Shown: positions 26,630 through 39,700 of the stretch, one piece after another
How the letters are laid out: the number at the start of each line of letters is the position of its first letter
Position numbering within the stretch: the stretch's first letter is position 1
Source: Tubulanus polymorphus
Taxonomy: Eukaryota; Animalia; Nemertea
Length of the DNA stretch: 64,000 nt
Direction: 5' to 3'
Assembly: GCF_964204645.1 (NCBI RefSeq)
Contig: NC_134034.1
Location: 13,467,062-13,531,061 of the forward strand
Program-made: the position numbers and the translations under genes
The notes under the pieces: generated by a model
The model's input: only the letters and a program-made list of their open reading frames with translations
Databases searched by the model: none
What the model was told of the DNA's origin: nothing

Positions 26630-27160
26630 ATGTCTACTAGGACTTAAACTTGATGACATCACGAGACTCTGTCACAGCACAAACCCCTGTCCTAGTAGAC
26701 ACATCCTCCCTCACGGGGATTTAAACCTGATGACATCGCGAGACTCTGTCACAGTACAAACCCCTGTCCTAGTAGACACATCCTCCCTCATGGGGATTTA
26801 AACCTGATGACATCGCGAGACTCTGTCACAGTACAAACCCCTGTCCTAGTAGACACATCCTCCCTCACAGGGATTTAAACTTGATGACATCGTGAGACTC
26901 CATTACAGTACAAACCCCTGTCCTAGTAGACACATCCTCCCTCACAGGGATTTGAACCTGATGACATCACGAGACTCTGTCACAGTACAAACCCCTGTCC
27001 TAGTAGACACATCCTCCCTCACAGGGATTTGAACCTGATGATATCGTGAGACTCTGTCACAGTACAAACACCTGTCCTAGTAGACACATCCTCCCTCACA
27101 GGGATTGGAACCTGATGACATTATGAGACCCGGTCACAGTACAAACCCCTGTCCTAGTGA
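26630..27160 (-). repeat. 77-bp tandem satellite (~7 copies) derived from a tRNA-like SINE head
   Basis: tgatgacatc recurs every 77 bp from 26651. The minus strand has the B box ggttcaaatccc followed by tgtgagggaggatgtg, as in dispersed copies near 14190, 18520, 18700, 29490 and 60750. Confidence 0.9.
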
Positions 27161-27897
27161 CAAAACCGCGATTCTGTACGGTTCTGGCTAATTTCACAAC
27201 AATCGTAAGCATATTTTAAGATTGTTAAAAATTCACAGCATTGTACATGTATGTACGTACCTGGTCGACTTAACAACCCTCTCATTCATAATCACACACT
27301 AGACTGTAAGATGTTGTATTTGTTACACGCGTGTCAAGACGATGTATTTAATTATTATTTCAATCAGCGCGAGCTTTAGGACAGAATACGTGTTCATCGA
27401 TATCTATAAAGCATCAGGTGTGTTTTAGAGACGCGCGAAACAACTTTTTAATGAATTTCGATTTCTCTGTAAAATCGTATTCAGAGCTTCTTCCTTGCAA
27501 GTGTGTTCAAATATTCTTCTTTGCCTGTAAAATCAGTGGTACTTAAATAACAAATGATAAGCTTGTAGATCGAAAGTTCTGGTCATAAAATAACGGAAAG
27601 TCTGCCAATACCTCGTAAGGTATTGGTACGACCTTACTGGGTGGTGTTTCAACATTTTGAGGGATAGATAGTTGAGAATTGGGGAAATTGAAAGTCTTTC
27701 CAAAAAATCTTCATTAAATTCGTCGCCACTAAGGCGTTTTTCCCGGTTAAACTCGACAGGTCGACTACTACCTACCAGTACTATGCAGGGAATGATCAGC
27801 TTTAGATTGTTTATTATCATTTTGATTTACGATTATTATTATAGTGTTACATTTATGTTCACAAGGTTATAAAAAACGAATCATGGAAATTGATCGA

Positions 27898-27903
27898 AAT
27901 AAA
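27898..27903 (+). terminator. Candidate poly(A) signal ending a long (~6 kb) ERG 3' UTR
   Basis: AATAAA followed about 40 nt later by a GT-rich tract (ttgtttgtctgtgg). Earlier AATAAA hexamers also exist, so the site is uncertain. Confidence 0.3.
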
Positions 27904-28139
27904 AGAATTCTCATACATTTTGCAAACGATTTAGTTATATTTGTTTGTCTGTGGATTGATTTGGCTTTGTATCTATCTACCATGCAAACAACCCGTAGAT
28001 AAGCCTGCTGCAGTTACAATGCATTACACATATATAGACATTTGACCGTTTTCACCGTACTGCTTCCAATTATCATAATCCAGTCTTCACTTTGCCAGGG
28101 TGGGTTTGGGCTAAAGTTGGTATAGTTCATTGATAGCAT

Positions 28140-28990
28140 GGGCATCCCCAGGATTGTTATGCCCCCACGGTGGGGGCATACTGTATTCACTTCGTTGTCC
28201 GGCTGTCTGTCGGCAGTGGTTTCCGTGCCCTAGCAACTAAACCCTTTGACAGATTTTCTTCAAATTCAACAGTTGTGTTGTACTATATGAGGTTAGTAAC
28301 TGATCAGATTTTGGGTCCTGTAGGTCCAAGGTTTTAATTTAAATGAATTGAATTTAATTTCCGGGCTCTTACTCATAAATGGTTTAAGATAACTTACTGG
28401 AATTCTATGGATGGGTTATCCTAAAGACCGTGAGTAACTGATTAGATTTCGGGTCCTGTAGTTCTAAGGTCAAGGTCACCGGAAGCCGTTTTGTATTCTT
28501 CATTTCCTACCATCAGAAATAGGTCGACATACACTCGGGGTGTTTCCTACACTCAGGCGTTTCACCTGATGTGGGGGCATCAGTGGTCTTCAGCGATATT
28601 CTAGTTTTTGGAGGGTTCATTTTTAGGAATAAAGGGGGTCCACATTTCCTGCCATCAGAAATAGGTCGACATACACTCAGGGCGTTTCCTACACTCAGGT
28701 GTTTCACCTGATGTGGGGGCATCAGTGGTCTTCAGCGATATTCTAGTTTTTGGAGGGTTCATTTTTAGGAATAAAGGGGGTCTTGGGGTCCACCCCAGGA
28801 AATTTTTGAAAATTTCGTGCAAGCAGGCACGTTCTGGTGCAATCTGAAGCCGATAGGTAGACTGGTTCCTGTTTATAGGTAGACTGGTTACCGTTTACTT
28901 AGCATGTATCGATTTTATTTTGCTAATTTAAAATGCCATGTGCCGACATTTGAAAATTGGAAAAAGGGGAACCCCCCTAGGGACGCCCAT
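28140..28990. mobile_element. Nested insertion: Helentron/DINE-like element (~28157-28605) inside a GGGC(A/G)TCC-ended MITE, with a ~140-bp direct duplication across the junction
   Basis: ttatgcccccacggtgggggcata palindrome, gtcc/gtct microsatellite, 3' gtgggggcat..ctagtttt. 28510-28640 is repeated at 28652-28782. A relative of the host MITE lies at ~41625-41882. Confidence 0.6.
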
Positions 28991-29731
28991 GGATAGGAAT
29001 GAAGAATGACATATTTGTAACAAAACCATCAATTTCCTCTGCCATTCATGCAGTAATCAACGAAGATAAGAGAAAACAATGGATAATTCGTAAAATAATG
29101 CAATGTCATAACGTCGACTATATTCATTTCAACATGGCTACAATGGACTACACTATCATATCATATTGAGTTTAATCGATTTCACTATTCATATTTCAGT
29201 TTATAAATCAATTTAGGAGTTAGGCTACACCAAGCCTCTATACTTTCATGAGCCTGATGTCATCGCAAGAAAACTGCCGCGTCGTAAATTCCTGCCTGAT
29301 TAGCTCCAGTGCCCCAACCGCAATAGAAACATGGGGTACCAATCGGTTTGCCTATTGTATAATCGCTGAGGCAAATACACGGATTGTTCGTGCTAAAAAT
29401 GAGACCTTATTCCTTTCTGATTGGCTGATAATGACCGTCGTGGCTAAAAGAGTACCATAACTACAAACTAGAATCATGCAGGGTTTTCTGCTGTGTACGA
29501 GACTCGCATAGACATCGGGTTCGAATCCCTGCCGACGGAAGGTGGCCTACTCTGTGAAATCAGGTTAAAATGGAGGTATTTAGATTAGGATATTATGCGA
29601 TTTACTCAGATCACGGGCAAAACTGAGGAAACTAAGACTAAAACTACGATTGAATCTATTTAGGATGAAATATCTTTTTTCAGAATGGATTTATATTTCG
29701 ACGCACGAACTTCGGTCTATACTTCGGTCGG

Positions 29732-32700
29732 TCAAGGGGACAGACGCTCGAATAGCCAGCCGTTTTCGCCCACGTGGGTCAAGGTCGAATCGATGATCTC
29801 GCCGTCTGCTCGACGACGGAACACGATGCGGTCGTGCAGACGGTTCGTTTGTCCCTGCCAGAATTCGATCACAGTCGGTTTGACGATGAACCCGCCCCTG
29901 TAAATAGAAACAAATTATTTTAACTTTTTTGCTGCATCAGTCCACCTCAGTTTATCGTTATAACTCTTCGTACACACACCAGACAACTTCTTGTCTCTTT
30001 GAGATTGCATATTTTGGGAATTAGAATAGATTATATACTCAACTTACCAATAGTCGGGTTTAGGCACAACTTTATCCTTGTACTCTTTGGTTAGTTCATC
30101 ATTTTTTTTCTGAAGCACCTACAAGAAAAAAACATCAAATTCACAGAGCCATCGGTTAATCAACGTGAGTTAAGTCCAAACATATCATTATCCCGATGGA
30201 AATTAAATTCTCATAGATGCCTACGATTTAAGACCAATCTAAATTAAACCATCTTTACTCAATTGAAAATCTAACAACTAAAGACAAATTGTTAAGTCTT
30301 AAGACTGCTTTTGGACCTAAGGCACAACTACACAACCGGGCCCTGATTGGTTTCAGTGAAGGAAAGATGGCTGCCTCCATAAAATCCCCTTAAATTCACT
30401 AGCCATGGTAAGTAATTTGATGATGACCGGGGATTTATAAGCCATCTTTTCAGGAAAGGTCTAAAGATCAATTCAGTAGTTATGAAGTAAGCGTCCGTAT
30501 TTTCAGTCGGGTTTTTAACCTACCTCTCTATTGGGTATAACCGTACTCTGATGGCTCACTGCGGCTCCTATTTGACTAGACTGTGGACGACTGTGGAAAT
30601 ATTCACTGGATTCCGCCTCTGATAGTTTTTCCACTTCACCTTCGATTCTCACCTGCCGAATAAAATCTGATTCATTTTGAAATTTGATCCACGGAATTTT
30701 GATCCTCAAGTCTAGGAACTATTCGTTAATAAAATAAGAGGGCAGCTAAGCATTTTGTGAGACTGTTCCTGGCAATCATGGGGGCAGCCAAGCATTTCCA
30801 GGAACTGTTCCTGGCAACCAGGGGCAAGAACATTTGCGGGAACTGTACCTAAGAATCAAGAAGCAACGAAGAATTTAATGGAACTGTTCCTGGTAGGTAT
30901 TTATAGATAGCAAAGCCTCTTCAGATATTATATGGAGGTGGTTGGCGGCTCTGAGGAGGAAAAAGCAAAGCCTTGAATCATTCATACCTACCGATCGACT
31001 CATTGGGTCCCAATAAAAACAAAGCGAAGCAAAGGGATTCGATAACTGCAAAATCAATAAACAGACAAATTAATTATTATCGAAATCAATTAAATTATGC
31101 CTGATGATGGCTAATAGGTTTTAGCAAAACTTCATAAAGACTAGGTAGTCTTCATGAATTTTTGTTTAAGCCAAAACATTGCCCAAATATATATTAACAT
31201 TCGAGAATTGTCCTTTTGGCTGAAATCATTGTGGGATATCTCATCTCGATTGAGGTGAATTTTCAGTTACGATCGTGAGTTCGCGTTCGATTACTCAACA
31301 GCCCTGTTGTTACCTGACGACACCACGATTCACTGGGATCATTTACCGACCAGTAAAACGACAAACACGCTAACGGATTTTCATCCTTCAAAAAATCGTG
31401 TAAATAACAATTCATATATATCAACCGTCGTTACAAATATTTGACGTCAAAATGCTTATAATCTGAGCTAAGATTGGTCTGATACCATATTGGTTGTATA
31501 ACCGATCTAACAACTTAAGACCAATTTAAGCTCATTTTTGTGCTATAGCCAATCTAACAACTTAAGACCAGTCTAAACTCATTTTGGTTCTATAACCAAT
31601 CTGACAACTTAAGACCAGTCTTAGCTCATTTTGGTTCTATAACCAATCTAACAACTTAAGACCAGTCTAAACTCATTTTGGTTCTATATCCAACGTAACA
31701 ACTTAAAACCAGTCTAAGCTCATTTTGGTTCTATAACCAATATAACAACTTAAGATCAGTCTAAACTCATTTTGGTTCTATATCCAACCTAACAACTTAA
31801 AACCAGTCTAAGCTCATTTTGGTTCTTACCAATTTCACAACTTAAAACCAGTGTAAGCCATTTTGGTTCTAAAACCAATCTTATAACCTAAGACCAGTCC
31901 CTGCCCGTGTTGGTTCTAAGACCAGCATGCAGCTCAGTTTTGTTTTAGACCATCTATATAGTCACAACTGGTTCCACGAAAATGCAACTTTTAAAATCTC
32001 TACTTGTTTGAAAATGAAATAGACCCGACAACGTTCGTATCAACGTATCCCCCCCCATAGTTTCAGGATTTACTCACCAGTTCTTGAGCTTTACGACTGC
32101 CGTAATTCGTATAGAATTTAAAACCGTTGTCGTCGAATCCCTTGAGAAGCACCATTCGAGCAGACGGCTTCCCATCTCTGTGAAAATAGACACATAAAAC
32201 ATCAGATTGATTGATTGATATTTGATTTACATAGAACATATACAATGATACAGAGAAAAGAATTATCAAATACAAAATGAGAATACCAATTTAATACATT
32301 AAGTAGGAGATGATTCTATGAATGACTGACCCAAAGCCTCAAGGCTGTATCACGAAAGCGAGGGCCATCCCTTTACGAAAGGAATTAATATCATCAGACT
32401 TCGGAGAGAAGGCCCGGGGCTGGCGGGCCAAGTGGCGACAAGACTATTGGGATCTAATTCCCAGAATGAAATCGTACCCCATTGTGAGATTAGGTAGTCC
32501 AAGGACAATACGGCATATCGACAAATTCAAGTTCTTGAATTACTCGTTTGATGGCACTAGTCAGAACTAAGCCTAGTCAAAGGTTAGTATCGGACTACAG
32601 TACTGAGCTCATCTTGATTTAAGTCTAATACAGAGCCGTTGATCTATGAGTAACAGTAAGATCATCTGGCATTCTGACTAATCTTGATTGTAAAGGCGAT

Positions 32701-33848
32701 CTAACGGTTTAAGACCAAAGTATAACATCCTTTTGGTTCTATAACCAAATCGAAGCACATTTCATTTCTATAGCCAATCTAACAGCATAAGACCAGTTTA
32801 AGCACATTTCATTTCTATAGCCAATCTGACAACTTAAGATCAGTTAAGCTTATTTCAATTCTATAGCCAATCTAACAATTCAAAATGGGTCTCAAAATTT
32901 AAGACCATCGCCTAAAGTGAAACCAGGGGCCGGTTCCATAGTCGCAACTTAAATCCAAAATTGGTCTTAAATCTTAAGACTGGTCTTAAGCTGTTAGATT
33001 AGCTATAGAACTAAGATAGTCTTAGACTTGTCTTAAGTCTAAGCCATGACTATGCAACCGGCCCCAGGGCCTGAAACACTGAAATTTCACATACGTACTT
33101 GGAAGCAGTAGCTAATGTCATCGCGTTACTCTCTAGTATTTTATCACATGAGCACGCCTCTTCAAACCATGCAGTAAACTGTTTTATCGGGTCACGAGAT
33201 ACTAAATCGTTGATGTCGAATTTCTCTTCTTTGTTGTGATACGGCTTTCGCATTCCTGTCGCGTAGAATTATATAAATAATGCATTCCGTTAAGCCTGTT
33301 GTATGGTTAAAGTTGGGTAAAAGTGCAGATCCACACCTCACGTGATTGACGCAATCTGCTGCATGACAGAATCCAGGCTAAAATCTTTCTAGTGAAGATA
33401 TCTTAAATTAACCAGTGGCAATGTAGGTCTACTGAATTACTGAATTTTGAATCTGAAACATTGATATTTAATGTAATTGATTGAACCGTTTACGCGGAGA
33501 GGTGTGGATCTGCACTTTTACCTATAGTTTTTACCTAAAAGTTAAGACCCATCTGAATCAGAAACACCAACCCCTGGGAAATTTAGAGTTACATAACATG
33601 TAAAAAGGAATACCCTATTGTAAAGCAGCAAAGCAACCGGGTAATGGCATGCAATCTAAGGGCCACAGGGGGTCTACAGGTTACTGACACAAATGTTATT
33701 ATCCACTAATTTAATATGGTACCTTACTATTTCTTAACTTACCAGCGACATTGAGCGACATGTTTTCGATTGTGGAAAATCCCCGGCGATAAAAACTACG
33801 AATGACCCAGTTACTCGTAGTAGTCGTTATCTTTCGTAAAAATGTCAT
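29732..33848 (-). CDS. PNPO: Pyridoxine/pyridoxamine 5'-phosphate oxidase
   Basis: Minus-strand exons 33848-33743, 33255-33099, 32177-32078, 31045-30992 (or 31385-31314), 30652-30524, 30118-30048, 29897-29732; all GT-AG and phase consistent. Motifs: [75 protein letters not shown]. Confidence 0.96.
31314..31385 (-). CDS. PNPO: PNPO duplicated exon 4 variant (exon 4a)
   Basis: 72 nt, phase 0-0, tttttgaag acceptor and CAG|gtaaca donor. Encodes [24 protein letters not shown], homologous to exon 30992-31045 ([18 protein letters not shown]). Confidence 0.8.
31465..31960. repeat. 47-bp tandem repeat (~10 copies) in PNPO intron 3
   Basis: Unit ttggttctataaccaatctaacaacttaagaccagtctaagctcatt. Confidence 0.9.
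32927..33064. mobile_element. PIF/Harbinger-type MITE
   Basis: gggccggttccatagtc ... gactatgcaaccggccc with a CAG TSD. Confidence 0.85.
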
Positions 33849-36701
33849 GTACGTCCTTCACTCCCTACTGAGATAAGCCTGCCTCAATAAAGTGAAAGTA
33901 ATCACTTGATTTGTTTTGAATTTGTATCTCCGGCCTCGAAAGGAGGTGGGCTCCGAAAAATTTAGATTAATTTTACATTCAATTCAATTCGAATTTACTA
34001 TATTACGCCTTACGTGAATGGGGTAGTAGCGGCAACGCTAATGTGGCAAGCGTGGATTGTTTTCCGAGTTGTAAAGTACACCCGCGGTCCCGCAGTGTAT
34101 GATCTCTAGTGAGAGTTCTAAAGAAATGCAATTTGAGGAGTCAATTAAAAACTGGCGGTCGCCCGTATCCAAAGTAAGCCTCACAGCGCCTTCGATTTAA
34201 CCAGAAATAACGTTCGAATATTGAGAAAGCGAATTTTCATGGGATATTTGGCCCATTAGCAACTGAATTAACAAATTATTTATGATAAATTAAATTTGAC
34301 TTTCAAGGATAAGGAATTTAGTTGCGATTAAATAGTTTACTCAATATGATAAATTCGTTGCAAATATTCAAGCATTAAGTTAATTTGGAGAACACCGTCG
34401 CGCCGAAATAATGAGTAGAATTCATTTGCTTTATTCGTATAGGATTCGCCATGGGAGCTTTTGTGATGTTCATTCTGCAGGTGTCGGAATTCTCAGGCTC
34501 TGATCACTTCATGTCTCGATTCAAGCGTCTTGCCTTTCTCACAAAAATAACAGATGTATTATACAATTTCCGAATTTCTCAAAATTTCAAAATCTTTTTG
34601 TATCAAATCAGGTTTTAGAAATGTTGTGAGTACAGGGCTAAACGTGAGTTATTTATTGTTAGATTATCTGATATTCTATTTCATAATTCAAATTATTTTT
34701 TCTTTTCAGTGTTACTATCCTTTTGATGTTATTCGATATGGAATAAAAACGATTGTTTTCTCTCGCAAAAAAGAATGAGTCCTTTTTTACCGAATATTAC
34801 CTGAGGATTTCACTACAGAATTGCGTTGATCGAATCAACACAATTGACTAGATTGACCAGATTTATAGTGTTACCTAACACTGCACTTAGATTCATCAGG
34901 TTCGAATCCACACAGAGGGAGTATTACTACCCTCCCTACGTTCGTCCACCAGGAAGTTTAAAGTTTTTGTTACATTTTACATCATAAAAATGTACAGAGT
35001 AATTTCTCTAGCCGTATATTTCATATGATCAAATGCGTCACTTGTATTGTCCACGGTCAGGTCTCTTTAAAAATGTGATGAAGGATCCCGGTTTTTTTTT
35101 TCTTGAGAAGGTGCACAATCAAAAACCGGTTTTCATTATAACACCTGGGAATAGTGTATTGCCTGTTAAACCAGCTGTCTGCCTCTAGTACACAACATAA
35201 AAATGTAAAAATAAATTTCCACAAAGCGTTGCTGTTAGTATTTTTTCTCTCATTCGTTCGGGACCATCGAATACACGGATATTCGTATCGACGGATGAGA
35301 AGGTGGTGAAAGCTGCACAGACGATCCGTGGTTCGCTAAGGTAAGTACATAATCCTTGAGGTTTTGGATTAAACGTTTTATGTTTGTTTCAATCAGTGAC
35401 TCTGTACATATCTACATAATTCAAGTGCAAAATGTTGAAACGATCGATTCGTCACTCATTGGATGACTCGGTTTCTGTGATCTTTATGCATCAGCGATTT
35501 TCCATGAACGCTTAATAGTAATTTCACCATCCAATGGCATCGTAACTGATTAAATGAAATAATTTTGTTAATGAGTTCGAACTAATCAAACCTGAGTGAG
35601 ATTATTTACGCAGCAACCTGCTGCTGTATATCAGTCGTTTGTATAGGATTTTTCAATTTTTCAAAATCAATTTTGTAAACGATTTATCCATCGAATTCTC
35701 CTCCCTCCTTCCTCTCGTACCTTCCCCTCTATCACACCTCCCTCTCTCGATTCACCAACAACCTCAGTATCTGATGTTGTTTAATTGTATCTTGTAGATT
35801 GTTATGAGTAGGATTGCCGAATGACGTAGTTCACTGTAGATACAGCCGCTTCAAGCTGTAGCGGGTGAATCTCACGTCCTCTGTGCTGTTTTATTAACCG
35901 ATTAACTATGTGAATAATTGAAGTCTATTGAATGAATGCCTTATGCCCTGGTTTTTTTAACAAAGCTTCGCTATAACTGTCAATCTGTTGTCTGCGCTGG
36001 TCGATGTAGGTCCCTGCGCTATATAGTGTATATAGGCTCTTATAGTTCAAGGTACTGTTTTTCATATATGGTACATACAACAACGTATAAAGATGTATGC
36101 ACTGCACTAGGTTTTTTTTCTGAATGAAGATATGCTCTAATGTTAAGCAAAGGCGTGTCCGTTTAGAAGAACAGTCGTAGTTTAGTAGATTCACTTGATA
36201 TCAAATCGACTCAAATCACTGTCTTAATTTCAGCTTCAGATGACTTACTGATATCGCATCTCAGAGCGCCTGATTTTCAACAGGTTTACGATCCACTTTT
36301 CTAAAAATCCTGGATCTGTCCCCGTAGACCTACATATAGAATAAATCAATCTGAAAAATGTGAACGGCAACCCGCGGTGGTGGAATTTTTTTTGGGAATT
36401 TTTTCCCGTAGTGGATTTATCGCTATAATGCGTCGCCGTTTGATTAGAGCAAGTGGCTCGCTAATTCAGTCTCGCGGCCCACCGGGAACTATACACGATA
36501 AAAACCATTCCATTAGTTGATTGTAGAAACCACAAAAACAACTAATAACACTTAATACTTGTATCTATCGTCTGGTCTTTAGGGACGTAATCGTACTCAT
36601 TGCCATGGATAATATTAGCACAATTAAGCTGAAATTATAAATGATCGTGTATACATGTATAAAATGCATTAAGTCCAGTTCTTTCGACAGGAGAAGATGC
36701 C

Positions 36702-39700
36702 ATGGAAACCCTACGTTACTCAGTATTGTGGCTAGTTCTGTTTAGTTGGAGTTTTCTGATGACGGCCACCTCGGCGAAGACGATGCGAGTCGGTAGGTTT
36801 TTTTTACATATTTCGCAATTCGATTTTTTTTCGATGTGATTCTCAGACGTCGAATTGCTTCTATCGCCTGAATATGCAGTGAATTTGCCCTAGGGTCGTG
36901 TAGGGCTAAACAATTTCAGAACGATTTTCTATCGATTTCATAGAGATAGGAAGCTTATTCGAAAACCAGTCTTGTGTTAAATGTTTTGAATGTTTTAGTG
37001 TTAATACGTATGGATTGGCTTCTATGAAAAAATATCTCTATTCAACCAACAAATCAATTTTTAAATGCCTCGATTAAATGCAATTTTAAATCAATTTATC
37101 GAAAACACCTGATGTTGTTTGTTTTTGACGCCTTTACAATTTATTACATTGATTCCGGTAAATACTTTATAGTGTTATTTAAGGGTTTCTGTGTGAATCG
37201 ATTTTTATACGTCATCAATATTTGGGTATCAATATAGCAATAAGAGTATTGTAAATAATGGCTTTAGTTATGTAAATTGAACTCGTGTTTTCTAATGAAT
37301 TTCAATTTCTTTATGATATTGAAATTGCAATCGTGATATTGTGCTGTCGCTTGTGCACTACGTCATCAGTATTTGTAATTAGAAATGATACTCACTTGTC
37401 AACATTGGCATTGATTTTGTAATTAAATATGTTTCATGACTCATATATTCTACTCAATGAACTATCACGTCATCAAATGCATTTTTCCAATAAACTTTTA
37501 TTTTACAGTTTGTATCGTTACTGATGATTTTGAGAAATTGCAAGAAAGAGTGGAATATTTTTCGACCGCCATCGCGCGAGTTCAAAGTCGAAATAATTCC
37601 CCCAAACCGTCTATCAATTTTACCTTCGTCGATGTCCGGTCAGAAATCAGGACCGGATTCGGTCTCAACGATAAACGTGAGTTCCATGTTTGTATTTTAT
37701 GAAAATCAAAACCTAGACGACCCACAGTACTGTGACGAGGGACGTTTTCACGACGAGGGAAAGATAATTTTGTCTATAGATATTCACAAAAGAGAAAAAA
37801 TGAAGACATTTTAAAAAACGTAGAAATGTCATTCAAAATCACGTATAAACAAGAGATTTTTGATATATCAAAGTTTCTAAATGTGTCCAGAATTTGGATT
37901 TTTTTTGCGAAGTTCAGCGGGTAAGATACTATTAAAAAGAAAGTCTAATTCATCCCCTTAAATATTGTATATTGAACACATTCTTTCCTTTTTGCCCAAA
38001 TGATTGTTAGAAAATGTTTGTACAGGTAAACGGGTAGACCTAATTCTAAACTGAAAAACTAGTGTCCCGTGCCACCCGATTTATTGGCATTGTTTGCGAC
38101 ATCTATAGCTGCGAAAAGGAACTACGTATTTTCAATAAAATCAGATTTGAAAATTTTCAGTAAAAACAGTACTGCAAGCAAAATATGACGTCACGATCGG
38201 ACCACCGGTAGATTATTTTCAAAGATACTTAGAAACAGGAGAATATTTCGTCGTCGGCGCCGGTCTTCAAGCTAAAGCTTGTCCGTCTAATAGTAAAGTG
38301 CACAACGTTCTGCCGACTTTGTATCAAGCGATGAGTCTGGTTTTTAGTTTCATTAAAACTTCAGAAGACACTCACTGCCGTCGTTTCATGATCATCACAC
38401 AGAATACAGGTACGTATCGACGAACAGTAGGCTATATTCATCACCATATTGTACCGGCGATATTCAACATTTAACCACACCAGTGTAAACGAACACTTTG
38501 ATGATTCAACCAAAACATTTGAAAACATCGAAAAATCATTATCAAGGAAACTATGCTCATATATATGATAATGATAATGATTCTTAGTTGAAAACCAAAA
38601 AATTCGGGATTTTTTTTTATAAACATTAACAGTTCGATGTTTAAATCTTTCGGTTTTTCTATTGTGTTTTTATTCACGACAAATTGCGAAATTCTACCTC
38701 TCACCCTTCATCAGATATCGCTTAATTCTTCTACGTCTTACCTCGGAATTACTCGGAGTAATATTAGACTTCACCTTTCAGTTTTATTACTCCAAGTTCT
38801 TACTCTGTTATCCCTATACTCTCTACTATTTAGTTATATACGTAATGTCTAACCTTTCACTGTTCAGATTTATGTCAAAGGTACCCCTTGTTGTTTTATT
38901 ACTAGTTATGTTTAGTTTGCGAGGCATAGCTTCCTGCTAATATATATTATGAGTTTATCATAGTTTACGAGTATTTCCTACATCTTTCTGTTTCTGGTTA
39001 TTCCAGCTGATGTTGGCTGTTTAGTTAAGCCTCAGACACACTGGGCGCCCAGTGTGTCCGGGCCTTTAACAACAATCGAAACGTTCTATGATTTCATTTT
39101 GATAACCGCTTTAAATCAAAATCGTCTACGAAGTTTAATGATTTGAACTAGAGGTTTTAGAAATGGTCTTGACGCGTAGGCCCGGGCAAACTACATACTG
39201 TCTACGTCATTATCGTATCATTATAAAACCCGAATGCGATTGGTTGTTTCTCTTTTTCAGGTGAACTCGATGATTTTCTTCGCGTGTTCGAGTCGTACAA
39301 AAAGCGGTTTAGCGGGAAACCCTGTTTCAGACATTACCCGTTCGTGATGGATTGGTCGAACTACCGCTATAATCCGAGTCACCAAACGTATAAACAAATG
39401 GAGGCTTCACGAGCTCTTGGTATATCGCACATTATTGTATTCTCGAGAATGCCGAACGCGTACCACCCGTTCGAGACGGTAAGTATAAGGAGATCTCTAA
39501 AATTAGGGATTTCATGGACAGCATGAAGTATACACGTGGTTATGAAGGCTATTTTTGATTTTTTTTCAGGCAACTAATTTTGATATGAATACTTATCTTT
39601 ATCGCTGGCTTCATCTAACATATGTGAGTATTCCTTTTTCGTTACACAGTAGCGACGTTTAGATTCATTTCTATGGTACATTTTCAGTAACTAAGAAAGT

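Noticed and set aside
26630-27160. Tandem CTGATGA suggesting a hammerhead (retrozyme) array, or a CRISPR-like array
   Set aside because: No stem II plus GAAA core follows, and there are no unique spacers. The opposite strand shows a tRNA B box, so it is a SINE-derived satellite.
31098-31135. CTGATGA hammerhead-like motif between the PNPO exon 4 variants
   Set aside because: The GAAA core is replaced by CAAAA; at most a dead Penelope remnant.
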